Assembly: GCA_016839765.1 (NCBI GenBank)
Contig: JAEOTP010000049.1
Span: 1-57,176, forward strand
Direction: 5' to 3'
DNA length: 57,176 bases
Source of the DNA: Promethearchaeota archaeon
GTDB lineage: Archaea > Asgardarchaeota > Lokiarchaeia > Sigyniarchaeales > SOKP01
Numbering within the stretch: position 1 is the first letter of the stretch; each line of letters opens with the position of its first letter. Of the stretch, positions 48,693 to 57,176 are shown piece after piece. The translations under genes and the position numbers were made by a program. The notes beneath the pieces were generated by a model. That model was not told the DNA's origin. It saw only the letters and a list, made by a program, of their open reading frames with translations, and searched no databases.

Positions 48693-50690
48693 TTTATCTT
48701 TTTTGCTTTTATACCAATAATTACCACTACTCCTAGTTTTATTACAGACAATAGCAGCAGAAGTTCGGAATATAGCGACGATAAAAATCTTAAAATCTCA
48801 GCTGTATCGGGACCAATTCATATCATCAATAATTCAGGGTGGGTAGATTTTAGAAATGATGGAAATTGCACGGGTTCAGGCACGTATTCCGATCCTTATG
48901 TCATTGAAGATTTGGTAATAGATGGTGGAGGTTCAACTTGCATTTGGATTGAAAATTCCGATGTGTACTTTAAAATTGAAAATTGTACGCTTTATAATTC
49001 GGGAGGATACCCTAATGCGGGAATCAGATTAGAATATGTTAACAATTCCCAATTAGTTGATAATGATTGTTCATCGAACATTTTCGGGATGCGCTTATAT
49101 CATAGTAATAATAATTCTATTTCGGAAAATAACCTAAACAACAACGAATATACTGGAATAGGTTTATGGTATAGTGATAATAACACCATTTCGGGAAACA
49201 CCGCAAACAACAATAGGGATTACGGAATATATTTAGTAGGTAGTCATAACAACACCATTTCGGGGAACACCGCAAATAATGACACTGTTGGGATAAAATT
49301 AGGAGGTAGTGTTAATAATACCATCTCGGGAAACACCGCAAATAATAATAATTGGGGGATAAACTTAGATTCTAGTCATAATAACACTCTTTCGGGAAAC
49401 ACCGCAAATAACAACACTGATGGGATACTTTTATCTATGAGCGATTATAACACCATTTCGGGAAACATCGCTAATTACAACACTCGTGGGATAACTTTAG
49501 GGAATAGTAATAATAACACGGTTTCGGGAAACACCGCAAACAACAATAGTAATTACGGGATATATTTATATGATAGTAATTATAACACAGTTTCGGGAAA
49601 CGCCGCAAATAACAACACTGATGGGATATATTTATATAATAGTAATTATAACATAGTTTCGGGAAACACCGCAAACAATCGTATTGATGGGATAAGATTA
49701 CTCGTGAGTCATAACAACACCATTTCGGGGAACGTCGCAAATAAAAACACTATTGGGATATGTTTAGAAGGTAGTGTAAGTTATAGTGTTAATAACACCA
49801 TTTCGGGAAATATAATGAATGAATGTGGATTACTAATATCCACCAATATCCGCTCTTTGGAAGAATTAAGTTCCCATGACATAGATACTACAAACCTAGT
49901 GAATGGAAAACCGTTATATTATTATACCAATGAAGTTAATTTACGACCAACCAATTTTACAAATGCTGGGCAAGTCATATTGGTCAATTGTAGTGATTCA
50001 ATTATATCAAACTTAAACATTTCTTATTGTTCTATAGGAATTTCATTAGATTATTGTAATAATAACGACATTTACGGAAGCACCGCAAATTACAACATTA
50101 TTGGGGTAGTTTTAAGAAATAGTAATAATAACTCTATGTCGGGAAACACCGTAAATGACAACAATTTACCATTTACAAGGGGGGGGATATATTTATCTTA
50201 TAGTGATTATAACAATATCTCGGGAAACATCGCAAATAACAACGATAATGGGATATATTTATCTGATAGTGATTATAACACCATTTCGGAAAACATCGCA
50301 AATGACAACACTGTTGGGGTGGGTTTGTATCAAAGCGATAATAACGACATTACGGGAAACACCGCAAATTACAACACTTATGATGGGATACATTTATCTT
50401 ATAGTAGAGATAATACGATTTCGGGAAACACTGCTAATCACAACGACGAAAATGGGATTCATTTGGCTTATAGTGATTATAATACGATTTCGGGAAACAT
50501 ATTATTAGGAAACGATGAATGCATCGTAGAGGAGAACTGTGAAGGGAATATGTTCGAAAATAACGATTGTGGTGAAGGCGATGGAATTTCTTTAGAATTG
50601 ATTATTATAATCTCGAGTATCAGCGGAGGGGCAGTGATAGGGGTAGCAGCCCTCCTGTTAATTAGACGCAAAAGGAAAAGAATACAATAA
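48648..50690 (+). CDS. Membrane-anchored NosD/parallel beta-helix surface protein (start revised from 48576)
   Basis: Signal peptide MKSKLKSKLIILL..., GSGTYSDPYVIE cap, 18 recognisable SxNNTISGNTANNN repeats, C-terminal TM plus RRKRKR. Confidence 0.92.
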   Translation: MKSKLKSKLIILLTLFIFFAFIPIITTTPSFITDNSSRSSEYSDDKNLKISAVSGPIHIINNSGWVDFRNDGNCTGSGTYSDPYVIEDLVIDGGGSTCIWIENSDVYFKIENCTLYNSGGYPNAGIRLEYVNNSQLVDNDCSSNIFGMRLYHSNNNSISENNLNNNEYTGIGLWYSDNNTISGNTANNNRDYGIYLVGSHNNTISGNTANNDTVGIKLGGSVNNTISGNTANNNNWGINLDSSHNNTLSGNTANNNTDGILLSMSDYNTISGNIANYNTRGITLGNSNNNTVSGNTANNNSNYGIYLYDSNYNTVSGNAANNNTDGIYLYNSNYNIVSGNTANNRIDGIRLLVSHNNTISGNVANKNTIGICLEGSVSYSVNNTISGNIMNECGLLISTNIRSLEELSSHDIDTTNLVNGKPLYYYTNEVNLRPTNFTNAGQVILVNCSDSIISNLNISYCSIGISLDYCNNNDIYGSTANYNIIGVVLRNSNNNSMSGNTVNDNNLPFTRGGIYLSYSDYNNISGNIANNNDNGIYLSDSDYNTISENIANDNTVGVGLYQSDNNDITGNTANYNTYDGIHLSYSRDNTISGNTANHNDENGIHLAYSDYNTISGNILLGNDECIVEENCEGNMFENNDCGEGDGISLELIIIISSISGGAVIGVAALLLIRRKRKRIQ

Positions 50691-50695
50691 TTAAA

Positions 50696-50707
50696 TTTTT
50701 TTTTTTT
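50696..50707 (+). terminator. Oligo-T terminator
   Basis: T12 run starting 6 nt after the stop codon at 50690. Confidence 0.6.
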
Positions 50708-50758
50708 AAAACATTATTTAGGCACATCTTAAATCCTAATCGCACTAGCTAAACCATG

Positions 50759-50885
50759 ATAACGACTATCACTACCCTCCTCATTATTTTTCAATGGATG
50801 GGACAAGGTTAACTCTAAATAATCATAATCATAATAACATTTCGGGAAACAGCGCAAATAACAACACTGTTGGGATATATTTAAG
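50759..50885 (+). pseudogene. Relic of the 3' end of the zinc-ribbon membrane gene fused to one orphan beta-helix repeat
   Basis: 50759-50799 matches 48510-48550 at 36/41; ATTTCGGGAAACAGCGCAAATAACAACACTGTTGGGATATATTTA from 50839. Confidence 0.75.
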
Positions 50886-50937
50886 GGAAAACTATTATAC
50901 CCCTTCTCATTATTCACGATTTAAGTTATTGACGATT

Positions 50938-50976
50938 TAGGTAAATAGTCAGAAAATGAGAGAATGAGAATTATTT
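50938..50976 (+). repeat. 39-bp direct repeat, copy 2
   Basis: TAGGTAAATAGTCAGAAAATGAGAGAATGAGAATTATTT. Confidence 0.95.
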
Positions 50977-50988
50977 AAACAAAAAACC

Positions 50989-51714
50989 TTACCGTATTTC
51001 GATAAACTTCAAAAGACCAAGATCATCCAAATCATCCATCATCACCTGTATCTCCGCCACTGGTTTGCCACTCTGCTCTGCTATTTCTTCTATTGTATGA
51101 AATCCATCCGCTATATGCGCAATTTTATACATCTCCTTATCTAAAAAACCCTGCGTGATTACTTGCTTCGGCAACCGCTTTGATGTCCACCCTGGCTTCT
51201 GGTCCCTTGACTGACGTAAATCTTCCTCTGTAAGAACTAACCCCCTCTTCGCGATTTGCTTCCGAGACTTTAAAAAATCCTTCTCAAAAATCTTTAAAAT
51301 CGGAATCTTTAACTCAACCTCCGCAACCCTTCCATTCTGCAACATTTCATCAATTGTCGACTCAAAGCCCCTAAAAAGACGGACATCACCGCCCCAATTT
51401 TTGATTGTCTCCCCATATCCAGTAATGAACTTATCAATAATATCACTTAACGCCTTATGCGTTATCTTGGCATCATCATTCTTATCAGCCGCCGCCGTAC
51501 ATAATACACCCTCCTTAAAGACTAACAGAAGATAAAAAATTCGCATATCGATTACTTTTAACTCGCCCGAGCCTTTTGAGAATTCTACAGAAAAATCTTT
51601 TAAAGCCGTTAAAAATCCGGAAACTAAGTCTTGATTAAATTCTATGCTCCCATACTTACGATGGATTAGGCAAATCCCCGTAAACTGGTCTATAATATAT
51701 ACATTGTGAAGAAT
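50989..51714 (-). CDS. Longin-like plus C-terminal winged-HTH protein; extended 56 codons upstream to a probable ATT start
   Basis: In-frame extension ILHNVYIIDQFTGICLIHRKYGSIEFNQDLVSGFLTALKDFS...; SD-like AGGTGG 6 nt upstream; DGFHTIEEIAEQSG HTH. Confidence 0.8.
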   Translation of the reverse strand: MLHNVYIIDQFTGICLIHRKYGSIEFNQDLVSGFLTALKDFSVEFSKGSGELKVIDMRIFYLLLVFKEGVLCTAAADKNDDAKITHKALSDIIDKFITGYGETIKNWGGDVRLFRGFESTIDEMLQNGRVAEVELKIPILKIFEKDFLKSRKQIAKRGLVLTEEDLRQSRDQKPGWTSKRLPKQVITQGFLDKEMYKIAHIADGFHTIEEIAEQSGKPVAEIQVMMDDLDDLGLLKFIEIR

Positions 51715-51882
51715 ATCTTCCCACCTTAATTTTCCATTCTGGATAGATACGTAATGTTAATTTTAAATAAGGAATTTAATAGGTTAATAATTTTAGTTTT
51801 AAAATTCCTATTTTTATTTATAATAAAATTAATATTATTTATAATTTCTGATAAAAAAAAATGATTTACTTACCAAATTTCT

Positions 51883-52617
51883 TTAAGAATTTTCATTAAA
51901 CTCTTCAAATTCAGAGCTTGAGTAATTAAAATCTCTTTTAATGGATTCAACACTTTCAAGACATTTTTCAATTAATCTCTCTTCTGAATCTCTTATATAA
52001 GAAGCTGTTCTTGCTAAGTGAACATTCTCCATAAACTCATGATATATATCACCTTTATAACCCATAAATTGTGCAAATTTTTTTGGATTTAAAATATGGA
52101 CATTCATACTATAAGGAATATCTTCGCTAATAAGTTGCGGGTTTTTAGCATGAATAGGAACAAGAATTAGAGCTTTATCTTTATCTTGATATCCTCGTAA
52201 ACTATGATCAATAGCTGCTCGTTTAGAAGCCCCAATATAATAGTCAACATTTATAATTTCAATTTTAGGATGCTCTTGAGTAAACTTTTCCGCTAGGGGA
52301 GATAATTGTTTAAAATTTTCATTAACAATAATAGAATTATCTCCATTGCCACTTACTTCATAAAACGAATGGCAGTTTTTTCTTCTTGTATGTTTTAAAA
52401 ATGTATCTTCAACAGTCCAATGAAGATTTTTACCAATATTTGAATAAACATTTGATAGATTAGGAGTATATCCTGCTTCAATAACAAGTTCATTATAGAT
52501 TATATCCCTTCTATGGATTGCTTTGAAGAAATCATAATGATTATTTTCTAATAAAGTGTTAGTACCAGGGGTTTGACCCTCAGAAATAACTTGTTTTTTA
52601 ATTCGTACATTATAGAG
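51883..52617 (-). pseudogene. 245-codon open frame with no canonical start in its 5' two-thirds; homing-endonuclease-associated-repeat-like segment followed by a possible nuclease-like domain
   Basis: EGQTPGTNTLLENNHYDFFKAIHRRDIIYNELVIEAGYTPN...HWTVEDTF...INVDYY...GYQ; ORF track shows only the last 74 aa. Confidence 0.6.
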
Positions 52618-52976
52618 TTATGCTCTAACATGAATGAGTAAATTGCTATGACATCTACCTTTCCAGATAACCCTGGAAATGTTTTTTTTAGGAAATTAAG
52701 TAGAGCATGTCCTTTTATTAAGCCATCTTTTGGATTTAATGCTTTAAGAAAGAACTCCCATACAATCTGGTTTCCAATGGAAGTAAGTTCTAGTCCATAG
52801 ACAGTATCATCTTGGAAATAGTTTCGGAGCCATGTTTTTTCGATTTTATATTCTTTTTCCTTGCGAAAATCAAAGAAAATTTCCTTTTCTTGTTTAGCAG
52901 GTCCTTGAGTAATTCTAACTTTTGCTTGCCAAAATTCTGGATTCAATTCATTCACCAAACAAGCAAAACTTAACAA
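52548..52976 (-). CDS. Hypothetical protein, probably truncated or frameshifted
   Basis: 142-aa ORF overlapping the -1 open frame by 70 nt. Confidence 0.55.
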   Translation of the reverse strand: MLSFACLVNELNPEFWQAKVRITQGPAKQEKEIFFDFRKEKEYKIEKTWLRNYFQDDTVYGLELTSIGNQIVWEFFLKALNPKDGLIKGHALLNFLKKTFPGLSGKVDVIAIYSFMLEHNSIMYELKNKLFLRVKPLVLTLY

Positions 52977-53389
52977 TATAGATTATAGAATATTTTATCT
53001 GATTTGTTTTTTGGGGCATGTTCCTTCCTTTCAGTTTTAGGAGCCCATTCTGGTCCTTGTTTTAAATTAAATTTTATCCACATTATTTCTAGTTCTTCTT
53101 GACCATATGGTTCTACAAACACATATAGTTCTGAAGCGTCTATCCTAAAAAAAAGCTGTCTAATTTTATAATATGTTTTGTGTTGGTTATCATATAAGAC
53201 AATTCCTTTCCGAATGCAAGATGCTTCAGCACCTGTATAATAGTCAAACCATCGTTTCTCATTCAGTTCGTCAATAAAGCATGCTACAACTCTTTTTCCA
53301 TCAAGCCATTCATCATGATACCGAGCTCTTCTCTCTTCGCTAGTCTTACTTCCATATTTTCCTTTATTGATTTTGTCAGTTTTACTCAT
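52970..53389 (-). CDS. Hypothetical protein
   Basis: 139-aa ORF with ATG start; overlaps next ORF by 7 nt. Confidence 0.65.
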   Translation of the reverse strand: MSKTDKINKGKYGSKTSEERRARYHDEWLDGKRVVACFIDELNEKRWFDYYTGAEASCIRKGIVLYDNQHKTYYKIRQLFFRIDASELYVFVEPYGQEELEIMWIKFNLKQGPEWAPKTERKEHAPKNKSDKIFYNLYC

Positions 53390-53458
53390 AATTATGGTTT
53401 AAAATTAAAGCATTTAAAGAAAAAAAAAAAAATAAATTTAAAAAAAAAATAAATTTAA

Positions 53459-56400
53459 TTATATTTTAAAATGAATGACTTGTTTTTTTCTATAAATAAG
53501 TCCTACCAAGCCCATCAGAATGGAAATGAAATATATAATATATCTTGAGTCGTTTAGATTTAGTGAATTTAAATTAAGTGATACAGGTAAATCCAACATG
53601 GAAGTACCATAAAATAATACTCCATCACCGAGTGCGAATGCTTTTAATAAGTCTTTCCCTCTGTGAATTATGATATAGATCTTTCCTTGGGATCCACTAC
53701 CACGATAATATTCAATATTTCTCCATACGTAATGCGTTGTAATTTCCCATGAAGCTGACTGATCACCTATTTCTATCTTAATTAAATCATCTGAAATAAA
53801 CAATTTAGACTCACTTCTATACCATTTCCCTTCAATACGCAGCGCCCCATAACCTTCGAATATATACTTAAATTCTTCCATCACGACAAATATGGAAAGC
53901 CTAGTAAATTCTCCATAGATTATATTATTTACAGTATCAATTCCCGTTGTAACATCAGTCCATCCCGTTGATGGATCCCAATGGAATAACCTCAAATTTT
54001 CTTCGTTTCCTTGTACTTTGGTCTCATTATAGGGGATAGCTAAAGAAATAAATCCCGAGTAGGAGGCATCGGTTGTAATGGCATAATAATCTCCTGCTAC
54101 TTCAAAACCACTGGGGGGATCAGGTTCTTCTTCGCTTTTTTCTATAGTAGTCATTCCACCACTGGTAACTTCACTAAATGTTATATTTACCCCAGTAATT
54201 TCATCTATAACTTCCACATCGGAGCCTGGGGGTGTATTTCCTTTTTCCAAGACTTCTGGATCTACACCAATATATGTTTCAAAATACTTATCTTCATATC
54301 CAGCAGCAGAAATTACCATTATTAATAGGATAGGATCTTCTCCTGGTGCTATTGTTATTGGTTCCAAAGAAACAAAATACAATCCATTTCCCAGATTCTG
54401 AACATCCGTAGAAACATCATTCCCATTCCACCACATCTGGGTTGTCGCTGAATCAATCCCTTGACCAATCTCATCAAATACAAAGAAGGTTAAATTAAAG
54501 TGTTCGAGTGAGTAAAAATTATCAGTTATCTCTACTTGTATAAATTTAACAATTACGGGTACATTTTTAATAATATTTACTTCTTCGCTCCATTCATTAT
54601 CAAATATATCTTTTACGTAAAAAGTTATGGTCACTAGTCCATTTGGAATACTATCCCAAATATCTTGATCTATGTATCCGAATAATCCTGTGAAATTGGT
54701 AGTAGTAACACCATTATCAAGAGTATACCAAGTAGAAATTAAATAGGTTTCATCAACAAATATATGAAATGCAGGTGCGAGTTCTCGAAATTCTTGATTT
54801 TCAAATGGTAAATTAATTATTATATAGGGTGCAAAAAAGCCAAGGGGAAAATAGTCTTTGCTTCCTGAAGTTCCAGAAACATTATAAGGAGTATCTCCAA
54901 TACCATCATAATCTTCATCAAAATTTCCATAATCATCCCAATAATTTCCAATTAATCCATTGTCCCATCTGTTGTTGGTACCATTATCCACAGCACTTAA
55001 TCCATTTCCAAGGAATTTATTGTTGTAGATGAGGTTCCAATCTGAAGAATCATCAATTGCTATACCACTCATTTCGTTATTTATTATATCATTTGCTTGA
55101 ATAGTATTATTATCACTTTCGATCAAAATTACTCCGTTTTCTGAGCTGTTATTAATCAAATTCTCGTAAAAATCATTATTTTCCGAATATTCAAGCCATA
55201 TTCCGTTTTTACTAGTAATTATATCATTATTAGAAATAATATTATAATCCCCAACTTGAAGGCATATTCCATTCCCATCATAATTCAAAATTGTATTATT
55301 TGAAATCGTATTTCCTTCGAATCTAATTAATATTCCTCCTGTATAATATGATCCTGACCCACAATCACTTATGTTATTGAGAATGACTTTATTATAGCTC
55401 CCCTCTATAAATATCCCGTAACCCCTATTATTTGTTAAAATGTTTTCCAAAATGATATTATTATCGCCATCAACTCTAATACCACTGCCGGTATCATTCA
55501 CATTATTCCTCAATATAAGATTGTTATAACTACTTAATAATTGTATTCCATCGTAGTAATCATTAGTACATATTATATTTTCTGAAATTGTATTATTATG
55601 AGATTGCGATAAACGTATACAACTAGAATATATTTCGAATAATTGGTTGTAAGTTATATTATTATAATGAGATTTATCTAAAAGAATACCTCTTCCTGCA
55701 CCATTGATTATATTCTTAATTATTGTTATATTATTACAATGTTCTAAACCTATCCCTCTATAACCATTGAAATTCGCAGTATTTTTTGAAATAATTGTAT
55801 CATTACTTTCTAATAAAAGTATTCCAGAATTTTGATTATTTGCAATATTCTCATATACCATATTATCAGCGCTTTTATTCAGAAGAATTCCGGCATACCC
55901 GCCCCCGCCCGAACATGTATTATTTAAAAGTTTACCTTTATGAACATTTACTAGTTTAATAGCTGCATGTCCTACATTAGATATAAAGCAATTTTTTATT
56001 ATAAAATGATTGTAAGAATTTTTGATGAGTATACCGGAACCAGTACCTTCAGCGTCTATGATAAAATTTTCAATAATGTATGGATTACTCCACGTTCCAG
56101 AGCCATAACACCAACCTTCGTTAAAAGCATGAGCCCAATTATTATCTGGATCTGAATCATCTATAAATATATGAGTGTATTTTGTAAAATAAAAAGCAAT
56201 GTCATCAATGCGTATACGCCCACCTTCAATAGGCATACTTCCTGTAGCAAACGAAGACCAAGTTACATCTGAAACATTTGATGTAATAGGATTGTCATAT
56301 TCTAATGTATATCCAGCTCCATATCGAATGCCATTGAGATCAAACATCCATCCACTGAACCTTAGGTTAAAATAAATGACCACATCTAACCATTGATTAT

Positions 56401-56959
56401 AAGGATAATTGGTGATATTTTCAACAAAATCCCTGTTCCATATTATTCCTGTATTGGCATTTCCCGCCCAGACCATGTAGATTGCACGCTCTCTGTTTGA
56501 TGTTACGATAGCTATTTCCAAACCTGCAATATCATGTTTATATATACGAAAATGAATTTCTCCAGCTTGGAAAGTGTCCCCGTAATAGGAAACATTGTCT
56601 CTAATCCACAATCTACGAGCGTCTATTCCGTAGCTAGTTTTATGAATTAGTACATGATTTTGCTGGTCATCCCCGCGATTAGCAACTTCAACGGAACCAT
56701 CTGCTGGATCTTCTTTGACACTCAAGGTTGTTCCGAATGGATCTTCACCTATAATATTATCTTCAAAATCGTAAAAATGTAGTAGGTTATCTTCATCCTG
56801 CAGTTTAGGTAAATACTGTTCTTGAGTGGTCGATGTAATCGTGTTATTATCTTTAAGTAAAAAAAGTGGCATAATAGTTGAGCTACATAAGAAAATCAAG
56901 AATATGCCTACTAAAACTATTTTAATCTGTTTATCTCTTATTTTTTTTCCTTTTTTCAT
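53459..56959 (-). CDS. Large multidomain cell-surface protein: N-terminal TM/signal, beta-sandwich (ConA/LamG-like), NosD beta-helix, Ig-like domains, C-terminal TM
   Basis: GSGTWSNPYIIE cap, PbH1 repeats, GNYWDDY..D...DGIGDTPY, WYTLDNG, LRLFHWD...W, terminal hydrophobic helix plus RKK; SD AGGTGA. Confidence 0.9.
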   Translation of the reverse strand: MKKGKKIRDKQIKIVLVGIFLIFLCSSTIMPLFLLKDNNTITSTTQEQYLPKLQDEDNLLHFYDFEDNIIGEDPFGTTLSVKEDPADGSVEVANRGDDQQNHVLIHKTSYGIDARRLWIRDNVSYYGDTFQAGEIHFRIYKHDIAGLEIAIVTSNRERAIYMVWAGNANTGIIWNRDFVENITNYPYNQWLDVVIYFNLRFSGWMFDLNGIRYGAGYTLEYDNPITSNVSDVTWSSFATGSMPIEGGRIRIDDIAFYFTKYTHIFIDDSDPDNNWAHAFNEGWCYGSGTWSNPYIIENFIIDAEGTGSGILIKNSYNHFIIKNCFISNVGHAAIKLVNVHKGKLLNNTCSGGGGYAGILLNKSADNMVYENIANNQNSGILLLESNDTIISKNTANFNGYRGIGLEHCNNITIIKNIINGAGRGILLDKSHYNNITYNQLFEIYSSCIRLSQSHNNTISENIICTNDYYDGIQLLSSYNNLILRNNVNDTGSGIRVDGDNNIILENILTNNRGYGIFIEGSYNKVILNNISDCGSGSYYTGGILIRFEGNTISNNTILNYDGNGICLQVGDYNIISNNDIITSKNGIWLEYSENNDFYENLINNSSENGVILIESDNNTIQANDIINNEMSGIAIDDSSDWNLIYNNKFLGNGLSAVDNGTNNRWDNGLIGNYWDDYGNFDEDYDGIGDTPYNVSGTSGSKDYFPLGFFAPYIIINLPFENQEFRELAPAFHIFVDETYLISTWYTLDNGVTTTNFTGLFGYIDQDIWDSIPNGLVTITFYVKDIFDNEWSEEVNIIKNVPVIVKFIQVEITDNFYSLEHFNLTFFVFDEIGQGIDSATTQMWWNGNDVSTDVQNLGNGLYFVSLEPITIAPGEDPILLIMVISAAGYEDKYFETYIGVDPEVLEKGNTPPGSDVEVIDEITGVNITFSEVTSGGMTTIEKSEEEPDPPSGFEVAGDYYAITTDASYSGFISLAIPYNETKVQGNEENLRLFHWDPSTGWTDVTTGIDTVNNIIYGEFTRLSIFVVMEEFKYIFEGYGALRIEGKWYRSESKLFISDDLIKIEIGDQSASWEITTHYVWRNIEYYRGSGSQGKIYIIIHRGKDLLKAFALGDGVLFYGTSMLDLPVSLNLNSLNLNDSRYIIYFISILMGLVGLIYRKKQVIHFKI

Positions 56960-57176
56960 TAGATTTCACCTTTAAAAGGTTTTATCATATTATTGGATTA
57001 TAATTGTATTTAACATTTTTGTAAGCAATCCTAAAATATCATTTCATAAAATTTTTCTTTATATAGATCTGCCGTAAGAGAAGAATAACATAATTCTAAC
57101 TATAAGGAGTAGAAGAATTAGAGGAATAAAATCATGAAAAGAAAATATCATATTAGAAAAAATTCTATTCAAAACA

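Noticed and set aside
49110-50510. CRISPR-like geometry (about 30-nt repeat plus about 36-nt variable spacer)
   Set aside because: All periods are multiples of 3, the array lies in one open frame encoding PbH1 repeats, spacers share a GIxL pattern, repeats are degenerate, and no cas genes are present
48510-50799. DGR template/variable repeat pair (48510-48550 versus 50759-50799)
   Set aside because: Mismatches are not adenine-specific, the match is short, and there is no reverse transcriptase in the window
53417-53458. A-tract tandem (A)n-TAAATTT twice
   Set aside because: Low-complexity T-rich terminator region of the - strand surface-protein gene
1192-56155. Short antisense or alternate-frame ORFs (e.g. 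1192, 6155, 7704, 7937, 10949, 11210, 13463, 14297, 15331, 16725, 17625, 23863, 26418, 27384-29535, 33972, 36307-38854, 42229, 43266, 45981, 46259, 49471, 50155, 50477, 50729, 54829, 55967)
   Set aside because: Shadows of better-supported genes or relics, with no recognisable motifs

Overview
AT-rich archaeal chromosomal window, most likely from an Asgard archaeon of the Lokiarchaeia type. The evidence is a ~180-nt ES39 expansion in the 23S rRNA, three Rab-like GTPases, several longin/roadblock proteins, PolD, a single-chain RpoB and NosD beta-helix surface proteins. The window opens with the 3' end of a 23S rRNA gene. A housekeeping core follows: ilvE, panB, mfnA, nrdD, NAC, PAN, MBF1, TFE, rpoB, rpoH, cbf5, thiL, DP2/DP1, cdc6, carS, archease and rtcB, with four tRNA genes (Cys, Lys, Thr, Leu). 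It ends in a variable region of surface-protein genes and gene relics (about 47.8-57 kb). Signals most worth following up: (1) a candidate ~110-nt structured ncRNA at 4768-4876 (- strand); (2) tRNA-Thr(CGU) with two non-canonical BHB introns (28/29 and 58/59); (3) tRNA-Leu(GAG) with C33 instead of U33; (4) a repeat-bounded ~3.1-kb cassette whose beta-helix gene has DNA-level homogenised 66-bp repeats, a duplicated promoter/signal peptide and an orphan repeat copy, suggesting recombinational diversification; (5) a possible -1 frameshift at A_AAA_AAC joining an ORF to a 245-codon start-less frame; (6) an orphan intein C-terminal relic; (7) a probable AUU-initiated gene. All family calls come from motif recognition by eye; no database searches were run.
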